A DNA stretch of 63,955 nt, counting the filler, from Reticulomyxa filosa (lineage: Eukaryota > Protista > Foraminifera), in the NCBI GenBank assembly GCA_000512085.1. It is 16 parts of 16 records of this genome, joined end to end, with 100 filler letters (N's around TTAATTAATTAA, not from the genome) between each part and the next. Parts side by side here need not be neighbours in the genome. Positions count along the whole stretch, not along the records: positions 49,455 to 56,473 come from ASPP01000001.1; positions 56,574 to 57,573 come from ASPP01042745.1; positions 57,674 to 60,782 come from ASPP01003491.1; positions 60,883 to 62,583 come from ASPP01045214.1; 12 more parts are not named here. One strand, given 5' to 3'. Within the stretch, counting starts at the first letter, position 1, and the number at the start of each line of letters is the position of its first letter. Positions 51,637 to 62,583 of this stretch are shown here, piece by piece. The notes under the pieces are model-generated. The model worked only from the letters and a program-made list of their open reading frames with translations, was not told the DNA's origin and searched no databases. The position numbers and the translations under genes were made by a program.

Positions 51637-53022
51637 TCACGAGGTGACCAAAAAGCACAAATCAGTTAAGGAGTCGACCAAATGAACGACATCTTTGGTT
51701 CTTTGTGATTTGGCGGCATCATCAAAAGGATGACTAATGCTCAGACTAGGCGTTCTTGCTTTAATTTCCAATTCGGTCACCGACTGTTTGTCATCAGAAT
51801 CGATTGACGGTTGAAGCGCACGTGCTGCCCGTTCTGTTTCGTTGGCTCCAAAGAAGTTATCAAACCAGTCGGCTTTGTAAGCAGGAAGAAGATATGTATA
51901 TAAAATAACAACAACCAACAGCAATAAGTTTAAGACAATAAATACATTAAAATTGGAACAATTAAAAAAGATAAGATATCTCTCTCACTCTCAGTCTCCC
52001 TCGAAACTTGACATATTTTGGTCACTGTGCTTGGGATCTTTTGATTGCGACTTTGTCTGCAGTTCTTCATGAGCAACAGTCGGTGTGGTCATTTGACTGC
52101 TCTCGAACAGCAGATCTATCATATCGGCCTCTTTTATTTTGGGAGGATGATTGGGTGGTGGGTCATGACTGTGATCACGATCATTATTCGCACTTGGGGT
52201 ATTCACGTTGGCGGATCCGTGAGACGTGAGCAATTCCGCCTCTTTCGACTTTGGCTTTTTCGCCTGCGATGGAATACTCAAATGAGACTCGGATATCGAC
52301 TTTTGCATATCTCCCAACTCTGCCATTGAGGCATTGTCTGTGGACACGACAACCGGACTGCTTTGATTTTTCGCGTTGGAGCCTCCTCGCTATATTTATT
52401 TGTGTAATATGATACAATTGAAGAATATACACACATACACAGACACGCAAAACTGCTTTTTTTGCTCCTGGATTTGGAAGTCCAGTGGATTCGTACAACT
52501 TTCTTTCGGTTATACTTCCGTCCCACTCAAATCGGTGAATATTGGATTGCTTTCTGAAACAACATATCAGATAATGCTTGAAACAACACATCAGATAATC
52601 ACAAGAAAGTGAAACAAAAAGACGTAACATGGAAAGAGGAACAGTCAATTCTGGCAACCCCAATAGCTTGTCTTCCTTTCGATATGTGGTTTGTATAATT
52701 TTTGGATTGGGCAAAAACAAACGCGAAATGGTTTGGGACAGCAACACAAGTTTGGCTTGCGAGTCGGTGGTCGCGTTCACAATCTGTTGCAACTCCGCAT
52801 CCAATAAGCCAGCTTTGTTGTCTGGACTGGGCATGTTCTCTATGCTATTGTTGCCAATCCATTGACTGGAAGATATCTCATTCAAATTCGCGGTTTCTAC
52901 TGTTGCTGCTGCCACTGCCACTGCCACTGCTACTGCTGTCGGAGCAACAGATTCCGTTGTTGTTATTTCGGTTACTGTTGCCGCTTGAAATTCCCATTCG
53001 TCGTCATCATCATTCATATTAC

Positions 53023-53074
<52 letters not shown>

Positions 53075-54011
53075 GCTAATGGAAACAACTGGCTCATTTA
53101 TTGGGATTTGATTTTGGATTGATGGTGCAGGTATGTCCAATTTATTTTGATCTTGTTCATTTCCATTGTCAAAGGCCCCCCACTCTTCTTCTTCTTCTTC
53201 TTCTTCTGCTCTTTTTTGTACCACTTGCTGTTCTTCTTTTCTGTTGGCGTGATCATCGTTTGTACCGCCATTCCCGTTCCCAATGCTATTTGCATTTGTG
53301 TTCTTTTCGCTGACCTCGTTGTTGTTCGCGTCGTTCCCATCGTTCCCGTCGTCAAATGCATTCCATTCATCGTCATCAATCGCTTGCTCTGTCACAATAT
53401 TCGCTGCACTTCCATTCGCACTTGCATTTGTATTTTTTATCTCGTTGGCAATGCTATTGTCATTATTACTATTATTGTTGTTATTGTGATTGTTATTATT
53501 GACATTATTGATATCATTATTGATATTATTATTGATATTATTATTGATATTATTATTATTATTATTATTGTCAGTATTCACAATCTGAACTTGTGATTCT
53601 GCACTTTGATGTTGCTCTTTATTTATTGCTGTGTGTTCTGGCAAAGTGGTTGTAGTGTGATCATCGAATGCGTTCCATTCTTCCTCTTCCTCGTCCTCCG
53701 CCTGTTCAGCAACTGCTGTCGCTGCTACAGATTCTTTTGAAGTAGCAGCGGTAACAACGGCAGATTGGATTGGAGTTTCAATGCTTTGATTCGACGTTTG
53801 TGTGACAGGTTGAAATTCGCCATCATCAAATGCATTCCAGTCATCATCGTCACCACCACCACCACTGACTTCTTGTGTGTTGGCATTGACTTTTGATCTG
53901 TAGTCGCAACAATTTCGTCATGTGTTGAAGATGGACTCAAATGGTTATTATCCTCATTTTCTGTTATGTGTTTTGTCTTTTCCAATTCATTGTTATTGTG
54001 ATCATTATCAA

Positions 54012-54045
<34 letters not shown>

Positions 54046-55168
54046 GTAATCATGATTGGCATGGAGAGTAGCAGTAGTATCATTGGAAGTGATATGTTCA
54101 ATAGACACGTGTTCCCCATTTTCCTCATTTCCATCATCAAATCCGGTCCAATCGTCATTATTATCGAGATGAACCTCATCTTGAACATGTGTCACAGTGG
54201 CGACAGGCTCTTCACGTCCTACGTTGGCATTTTCCAATGAGTTCGAGGCAATGGCGACGTCATTGGCTTTTTCGACGCCGTCGATCGAAGTGGATATCGA
54301 CACGACCATTGTCTTTTCCTTCTCTTCATTGTCATTGTGGTTATTGTCTATTTTCGATTGTGGTTCTTTCTGTGTACCAACCAAATCTTTTTCTTTTTCT
54401 TTCTCCTCCACGAATATCTCCTCGCTCTTGTCATTGATTGCATCGTTCGTTCCTACCACCTCGTCGTGGCCCACCTCACTGGAACCACCGACGACAGTGG
54501 CTTGTGTGGATTGGTCGTTCGTCGTTGTGTCCGCAACGTGATTGTCCGTCTGTTCATTGCATGCGACGTCTGGATCTTTTTTTATCTCTTTGTTGTCATT
54601 GTTGTTATTGTTATCATTGTTATTATTGTTATCATTGTTATTATTGTTGTCGTTACTGTTGTTGTCGTTACTGTTGTTGTTGTTGCTGTTATTATCGTCA
54701 TGCATTGTCGTGTCGACTTCTTCCCCCACTTTTACGTCTTTTATCACTTCCATTTCTTTCTTCTCTTCTTTGCCTTTCTCCAAGTCTTCTTCCTCTTTCG
54801 CGTTGTCTTGCTCTTCGTCCGTGTCGGCTTCGTTCTCATCACCACTTATATACACTATTTCTGGGGTTCTTTCTATTGTTCGATTTATTTTTGTTTGGAG
54901 GTGATTCTTTTTCTTTTTTTTTCCTCTCCTTTGTCCCTCCCTCATTCCTTTTTTTTTCATGTGATGTGTATGGCTTACCTCTTTGATCTGGATCAATGCC
55001 TTGTTCTTCTGGTGGTAGTTCTTTCGTTGTGTTGGGCTCAGTCACGCTCTTATCGCATTCACTTTCACTTCGCACTTTTGCCGCGGCTGTGTCGTTCGCA
55101 ACAGTATCGACAGCCACGAGAGAAGCTGAGGGATTGCTCAGATCCTGCTCTGTATTTGGATTACTCAT
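51637..55168 (-). CDS. Aftiphilin-like AP-1/clathrin accessory protein, Asn-rich and low complexity; 5 exons, one -1 frameshift at ~53891-53894
   Basis: Six acidic WxxF motifs (DDWTGFDD, DDWNAFDD, EEWNAFDD, DEWNAFDD, EEWGAFDN, DEWEFQ). FEWDGSITERKLYESTGL resembles aftiphilin QWGGSHSNKKLLxSLG, and the C-terminal VDSLTDLCFL resembles LPDLTFM. A DLL motif is also present. Confidence 0.72.
53024..53074. repeat. (ATT)n microsatellite encoding poly-Asn on the minus strand; similar tracts at ~53470-53570, 54010-54046 and 54595-54685
   Basis: Direct reading. Confidence 0.9.
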
Positions 55169-55598
55169 GTTTTTTTTATGGCGATATTAATTGCAAAGGG
55201 AAAACCCATACACAAATAAACAATTTTTTGTTGTTCTGTTTCTTAAGAGTTCAAGGCTGTTGCTATTGCTAATTTGCATCTATCTTCCACGTTCGTGACA
55301 GAACGAATTCAACTTTTTACCTTGCTGACAACTGACTAAAAATAAATTTTGCGTTGATATTAATCTTTCTTACTTGTTTTGACTGGTTATCGACAAATCA
55401 AATATTTTGTTTAGTTAAGCTATACAAAATTAGAGGCTACTCAAAAATATTTATTCTGATCACTAAGCAAAGACGCTACCACGGCTCTCTTGAAAAATTT
55501 CTTCTCATTTTTGAGTTTCTTGAAAGATTATTGAAATAGAAGCAACTGAACAAATTTAATTTGTGAATATAACTCATATAAATTTTGAAAGCACAGCA

Positions 55599-56410
55599 AT
55601 GGGTTTGTGATTTCCGCCTCTCATTTCCGTAGTGCAAACAAAAACAATGCAAAATATTCAATACACTTGGGAAAAAAAAAAGATTTTTCCTTTTCAGGAA
55701 ACTCAAAGGAAAATGACTTTGAGAAATTGCAACAACAGCACGAAAGCTTGAAATTGGTGTTGGCACGGATTCAATCAACATTTGGCCAAGGCATGGGAGA
55801 GGTGAATGATTTGTTGAATCAATGGAAATCGCATTTGGATGGAGGGTTTTTAACAGCATTGACAACCACTATTACCAACATTCAAGAAAAAATTAAACAT
55901 ATTGTTACACAAGATCCAAATTCTTTTCAAGCTTAGTGTTTCAATGCGTGTTGTCGCCTTTTTGTCTTTTTCACTCAAATCAACGTTCACTTGCATCGTC
56001 AGAGAAACAAACAAAAAATAGTGCCTATAAAAAATATACTCTTTGAAATGTGATGAAAATGTAAATAGAATAAACTGAAAAAAAAAAAAACAAAAAAAAA
56101 AAATAAAATGAGAAAATAAACATATTGATGTGCTCGCATGCAGGTGGCCAGCATATCACAACAAATTGCGATGTATGAACGTGAGAAAGTCGAGTGGGAA
56201 CAACAAAGAACAAAAGGCGTGGAAATGCTTCAGGCGTTGCAACGTAAGAACGCCGAACTGGAAAAACAGCTAATGCTGCAAACCACAGAACTTCAAAAAC
56301 AGCAACACTATGTAAAAGGGGTAAATGGTTATGAGACAGCACCCGTCAGATCACAAGACATTAGTGACTTCCCCCCGACTACTCAAGACGGCTTCATTCA
56401 AAATCCACAT
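55599..56410 (+). CDS. Coiled-coil protein with predicted N-myristoylation (MGNSK); 4-nt first coding exon; 3' truncated
   Basis: ATGG|gt(55603)...ag(55697)|GAAAC gives MGNSKENDFEKLQQQHE. The next exon VASISQQIAMYEREK... starts at 56144 after CAG. Confidence 0.65.
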
Positions 56411-56573
56411 GTTTGTTTGATTTTTTTTTTAAAAATTTATATAAAAAAAAAAAAAAAAAAAAAGGGGAAGTTTNNNNNNNNNNNNNNNNNNNNNNNNNNN
56501 NNNNNNNNNNNNNNNNNTTAATTAATTAANNNNNNNNNNNNNNNNNNNNNNNNNNNNNNNNNNNNNNNNNNNN

Positions 56574-57573
56574 CAACAACAACATGGAGTTGTTGAAGTA
56601 GAAGAAGCGAGTCAGGTGGTTAATTTGCATTGGGTACATCCTTACACTACAGTTTCGGAGCCACAATATGAGAATCAGCCTCATCACTTTCAGTACTTGT
56701 TTATGAATGAAGGTGTATTGAATAATTCGGTTGCACCTTTTTCAGTTTCCACGTTGGATACAATCAACTCAGCACCCAGTGTAGTATCCAACGCATCGCA
56801 AACACCAATATATATACGTATGCCAACGTTGATACGTACCAAACAATGTAGTTGTGACAAGGTCACTGTATTTAAAGATACAGAGCCATATGAAGTCAAA
56901 GATATCACTTGCAAAAACAAAAAACCTGAAAAGCAAGAAGTAAAATTCGATATCTCGTGTGCCACTTGCAAACTGCAAAGACCGTTGATACGACAGGTGG
57001 TCATGATTAGAGTCAGTAATGCTCTATCAAACATGCAGCAGAATACGGATGAAAGCTCATTATTTTTGGCAAAGCCATTATTGTTACACTCCACGACCTT
57101 AATGACGAATCAACAAGATTCAGACCATACTCTTACCGAAAAATGTCCAATTGGCACAAATGCAAATTCAAGTGCATTAGGACAGCAATCTCCAGAAAAG
57201 AAGCTGCTATTATCAACAAATGATGTATCGATGGCTCCAGAGATTGTGACAGCACCAATGAAAAAAGCAGCAAGTATTTCCAAAGAACGTTACAAACATC
57301 ATATTGCAGCAAAGGAGAAAAAAAAGAAAGATCGCCTTACTCAAGTACCACGGTTGTTGTCGTCGAAGGGATATGATGGCAGTAGCAGTAGTGATATTGA
57401 AAAGTCGAGTGATGAAAGTAGTGCAAAAGAAGAGAACTACACACAAATGCAAGGACCGAAAGATGCAATCAACACACGCTTAGAAAAAAAAATTCATGAG
57501 TCATTACCAACAATCAACGCAAATAATCAAATGTGGAGTTTGAAACCCCCTTTGGCAGAAAAAAATAATGATC
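56574..57573 (+). CDS. Internal exon of an unknown protein (the whole contig is one open frame)
   Basis: 1 kb without stops. Cys pairs CSC and CATC are followed by a disordered S/K-rich region. Confidence 0.7.
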
Positions 57574-57673
57574 NNNNNNNNNNNNNNNNNNNNNNNNNNN
57601 NNNNNNNNNNNNNNNNNTTAATTAATTAANNNNNNNNNNNNNNNNNNNNNNNNNNNNNNNNNNNNNNNNNNNN

Positions 57674-59200
57674 GGTAGAAAAGTGCGTGTTATGGGAACT
57701 CGAAGCAAAGGACTTTTATGCACTGTTGGGACCTGTGGTGGATATAATCGACGACAAAATCAATTCGTACAAGCGCAGCGCGGAAATAATAAAGCAAGAC
57801 AAAGAGCAGGAAAAGAAGAGACAGACGTTGGTGGCACAACAAAACAAAAACTCAGAAGCGCGTCGCGAATCGAAGAAGCACGTGTGCGGGTTGAAAGAAC
57901 TGAAACACATTGGCGTGTTAGGAAAAGGTGGGTTCGGCTTGGTCACTTTGGTCGTCGATCCAAACACAAACAAATCATACGCGTTGAAAGCCATTAAAAA
58001 ATTTCAAGTGGTCGAATTGGATTTGTCAAAGCACATTGTCAGTGAAAAGAAAGTCATGGATATGATGCATAATAAATTCTTAGTCAACTTGTTACGTACG
58101 TGTATTATTATTATTATTAATTGTATTTTATGTGTACATTTACATTTACATTTACGTTTACATTTACATTTACATTTATATTGACAATATCGCTCTTATG
58201 CTCTTTTTGTAGACATGCGACTTACAAAGATAAATTACGTGTATACTTTTTGCTCGACGTGTGCTTGGGAGGCGAATTGTTCACCATTTTACGACAAAAG
58301 CGATACTTCAATGAGCCCACGTCAAAGTTTTATGCTGCTTGTGTCATTGAGGCTTTTGACTATATGCATTCCATGGACATTATTTATCGAGATTTGAAGC
58401 CCGAAAACTTGGTTTTGGATAGCGATGGATACTTGAAAGTCACCGATTTTGGTTTTGCTAAAGTTTGTCCGGACAAGTTACGCTTTTTTTTCTTTATTTA
58501 TTATGACTTTTTATATAAATATATGTACATATATTTATATACATATGTACATATATACATATATGTATATAAGAGAGTTATGATTTCTATTCATTTTTGC
58601 AAATGAATAGAACATACACGTTGTGCGGAACTCCGGATTATTTGTGCCCAGAAATTGTGACTGGACAAGGACATGGAAAAGGTGTCGATTGGTGGACTTT
58701 GGGTATATTGATCTATGAAATGTTGGCAAGCTTCCCACCTTTTGTTGCCGATGACCCTGTCGACACGTATCGCAAAATCGTCGCCGGTAAAATTCGCTTC
58801 CCACAATACTTTAGTCAAGAGGCTAGAGACTTGATTCGCGCTTTGCTGCAAAATAAACCTAACCGTCGATTGGCGTGCTTACGAGGCGGGGCTGAAAACA
58901 TTCGCACACACGCTTGGTATAAAGGTTTCAAATGGGATCAATTGAGAGAAGGAAAAATTACTGCCCCTATTATCAACAAGGTTAACATACTAATCCACGA
59001 CTAAAGACATACACATACATATTTATATACACATATATATATTTGGGAAAGTTTGATCTTTTTTTTGCATATACACTTAACTCCCCATAAATAAATAGGT
59101 ACGTGATCACTTGGACTGTTCCAACTTTGCCGAAGTTGAGGTTGGTCCTGATGATGCAAAACCTATCCCAGTTGAGAAAGAGTTTGACCAGGACTTTTAA
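57674..59200 (+). CDS. cGMP-dependent protein kinase (PKG-like AGC kinase), 3' part; 4 exons
   Basis: The end of a cNMP-binding domain ([17 protein letters not shown]) precedes [39 protein letters not shown] and [14 protein letters not shown], and the AGC tail SNF...EFDQDF*. Confidence 0.93.
58136..58180 (+). repeat. Intronic (ACATTT)n hexanucleotide microsatellite
   Basis: About 7 copies in the first visible PKG intron. Confidence 0.85.
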
Positions 59201-59655
59201 GTTTGGGTGTTGTCAAAATTTTGTACAGTCAATGGACTAGGAGGCCTTTTTCCCTTTGTTTGTTTGAGAGAATCAATTGAAAAATGCACAAAACAAAACT
59301 AATTAAAAAAAATTATACCTCAGTATTTAAACGGAGCACAGTCTATTTTTTGGCTCAAAAAAAAGGGGAGTCCGCAGTTTTTACTTGAAGCAAAAAAAAG
59401 GGAAATTATCTGCCAAAAATTGTAAGATTAGATCCGAGGAAATATTAGTTGCAAACAAGAAAGTTTTTTGTGCATTACTTTAGTTAATATTAGTGTTCAT
59501 AGAAAGATTTTTTTTTAAGCTTATATGCAAATCGTCATAATTCCAAAATAAAAACTGTTGTGATTTTTTGTTTCTGCTCAAAACACATTGTCAATCAGTG
59601 GAAAAAATATATTTGAATAAATTCAATCAAAAAATCAAACATTGAAACAAAATGA

Positions 59656-60723
59656 TTAATATCCCCAAATACAAATTGGACCTTTGAATGAACCATAACA
59701 CAGATTAACATCACAAACAGTATCACTTTTACGCTTCATATCCTTTTTTAATTGAAAAAATTTAACACACAATATTCCATTACAGTCTTTGATTAAATGC
59801 AAACTATTCTTATTTGACCTAATATCCCAAAATCGGATTGTACTATCTCTTGATCCAGAGCATATCACATTTGATATTTCACCAATATCAATGTTATTTG
59901 TTACAAATGGTGAATATGCAACAGCCCATACTTCACTTGTATGTCCATTGAACACTTGAATTTGTTTACCAGATCGAATATCCCACAAACGAACACTTTT
60001 ATCTTCTGATCCAGATAATATTGTATTCATTAATTCATTTGATCCATATTTTACACTATTCAATGCTTGTTGATGTCCTTCAAATGCAATGAATTGTTTG
60101 GTTGTTTCAATGTCCCATATACGAATGGTTTTATCACTTGATCCAGAACAAATTGTATATCCATTTCCACCAATCACACCAATATTATTACTTTTATTAC
60201 TGTTGCTTTGCAATGGTGAAATATCAATACACCAAATGCTATATTCATGTCCATTGAAAACATGTAATGGTTTTGATGTTTCAACATCCCATAAACGAAC
60301 AGTGTTGTCACCAGATCCAGAGCACAAATATCGACCACCATTAAATGGTGAAAATTCAAGTCCACCAACCCATTTATTGTGTCCATTGAATTCTTGTAAT
60401 TGTCTATTATGTTTGAAGTCCCAAAAACGAATGGTTTTGTTAGCTGATGAAGAACAAATGACATTTTGATTATGATTGTAATAATGATATGGTGAAAATT
60501 TTGCACAATATACCCAAGCTGAATGTTTATTGAATGATTGAATTTGTTTGCTGGTTTCAACATCCCACACACGAACTGTTTTATCATATGATCCAGAGCA
60601 AATTAATTGACAATCATTAAATGTCGAAATATCGATACTATAAACAAAATCAGTGTGCCCAGTGAATGCGGTAAGTAAATGTGACGATACACGAAATATA
60701 TCAAGCATGATGAAGGTGTTTGC
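59656..60723 (-). CDS. WD40-repeat protein of a lineage-expanded family, last exon; 5' exon(s) missing
   Basis: The exon starts after TTTCAG and has about 7 units of GH...V..I..S....ICSGS.D.T(V/I)R.WD.ET.K. Confidence 0.93.
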   Translation of the reverse strand, partial: ANTFIMLDIFRVSSHLLTAFTGHTDFVYSIDISTFNDCQLICSGSYDKTVRVWDVETSKQIQSFNKHSAWVYCAKFSPYHYYNHNQNVICSSSANKTIRFWDFKHNRQLQEFNGHNKWVGGLEFSPFNGGRYLCSGSGDNTVRLWDVETSKPLHVFNGHEYSIWCIDISPLQSNSNKSNNIGVIGGNGYTICSGSSDKTIRIWDIETTKQFIAFEGHQQALNSVKYGSNELMNTILSGSEDKSVRLWDIRSGKQIQVFNGHTSEVWAVAYSPFVTNNIDIGEISNVICSGSRDSTIRFWDIRSNKNSLHLIKDCNGILCVKFFQLKKDMKRKSDTVCDVNLCYGSFKGPICIWGY

Positions 60724-61160
60724 CTGAAATTTTTTTTTTTTATGAAATAACAGCAAATAAATAGCTGACCGTTGAATAAAATNNNNNNNNNNNNNNNNNN
60801 NNNNNNNNNNNNNNNNNNNNNNNNNNTTAATTAATTAANNNNNNNNNNNNNNNNNNNNNNNNNNNNNNNNNNNNNNNNNNNNTGAAATCTTTTTTAAATT
60901 TGATTTGTTAATTTTTTTTTGACTTTGGTTTTTTTAATATCGTATTTAATTAAAAATTGCTTATTTTTGCTCAAGCTACTAGCAATATTAAACATTGCTA
61001 AAAATAAATTTAGCAACAAATTTCTTTTTCCAAAATAAACATCATTTTGGTTATTATAGCCATTTTGGAGGATAAAAAATTCTGTCGAAAAAAGGATTTA
61101 AATTTTCAAATAATTAGGAAATGTGTAATAAAAAACTAAATTCAAAATGATATTTAAAAA

Positions 61161-61283
61161 TTACACGATTTGTAGATATTTTTTAAAAAATTAGATTTGA
61201 ATGTTGTTTTTTCATGTAGAAAATCAATTATCTCTATAAGGTGCCGTTTTTAGGTGTTAACTTTATTTTGCATTATACTGTAA
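61161..61283 (+). repeat. Dispersed repeat family B, copy 2
   Basis: Matches the reverse complement of 34815-34937. Confidence 0.85.
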
Positions 61284-61344
61284 TTCCCAATTATAACTTG
61301 ACAGATTCCAAGTGACAATTTTTTGTCGTTTAATATGTCGATGT

Positions 61345-62583
61345 GCCCATTATGCAAGAGTGTTGAAAGTGATATGTAAATGATCAAAGTGAGCATCTAA
61401 TTCATAATAATCAGTTCTCCAATTGCAACAAAGGCCTGCTAATGATGAAGAACATAGTGTTATATCAATGCATGATGAATAATTTTCTTTATAATAGGTA
61501 CAACCAAATGGAATAAATTGAATTGTTTGAGATGATAAAATCAATAATGGACTATCCTACTTCATCAACATTTTTATCTAGTCAAGCAGGATGATGTACA
61601 TTCCGATCACCCTATCATGATGTCGACAATTCTTTCAAATAAAATGCTTTGTTATTAAAAGATCTACAATCTTATTTATTTCCTTTTGCTTCTTCTGAAA
61701 TTACTTCATGTTTTTGAATATTGCTGTGGATACTACAGAACAATAACGATTTATTTTACCTGGATATGATATTTCTATCCAACAAGATTCATAGACCAAC
61801 ATATCAAATTTGCATGGGTGTGGGCATAACAATTTTTTGGTTGAATAAAGATCTCTTATGCAAAGAATTCAGTACTTGCTGTTTCAATCCAATAATGATT
61901 ATACAAATATTGAAAGTGATAATCTGTATTTTGCTTTTCAGAACGAAAACATCATTGAAGCAAACAAATATCAAGCGTGAATGATATAGATTTTGTTCTA
62001 AAATTTGTGACTTTGAATAGAAGACATTTATATTGTTTTGATATATTTTAAGATGATTTAGTAGAATTACGATTCATTCTTCCACAATACTTGCATCTTA
62101 GTTTTTTATTGCAATCGTTTGCAATAACATTTTCGACATTATTTGAATGATTTCCTTGGGCAATGTCGATTTTGGTCAAACATTTCAAATTTCACTTGTC
62201 GATATCTAATAAAAATATTATTGCGTTTAGAATGCGTTTTACCTCTTCAGCTGATGACATTGACACTTTTACTATTCTTCTTCTTGATATGATTTTTGAA
62301 ATATGCAGCATTTTGGTGTTATAAATCGCACTTCATTATCATCTTTAGATAGATTTTGAACAAGTTTTTTATTTTGCATACCATTAAATCAATTTGAAAT
62401 TTCTTCTAGCTCTGAATTTTGAACACTTTTAGACAAATGAACATAAAGAATTCTCCAACTTTCTGAGTGTATGTGATTTTATTTTTAGCCTGATATACTT
62501 TGAATCTATGTTCATTTCATCTTCTTCATTATTTTCAACTACAGTAAATTGCAAAAAAAACTGCCATACCTAAATGGCATTAT
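61345..62583 (-). mobile_element. Decayed LINE: ORF1 (gag-like CCHC knuckles) and ORF2 APE endonuclease remnant
   Basis: CRKCY...IANDCNKKLRCKYCG at ~62070-62140; GDRNVHHPA*LDKNVDEVG, DFIISNN and SSCIDITLCSSS...CNWRTD at 61350-61615. Same family as 41754-42802. Confidence 0.85.

Noticed and set aside
52629-55272. Long plus-strand ORFs rich in I, V, Y, C and L
   Set aside because: They are antisense shadows of the Asn/Asp-rich minus-strand gene and its trinucleotide repeats.
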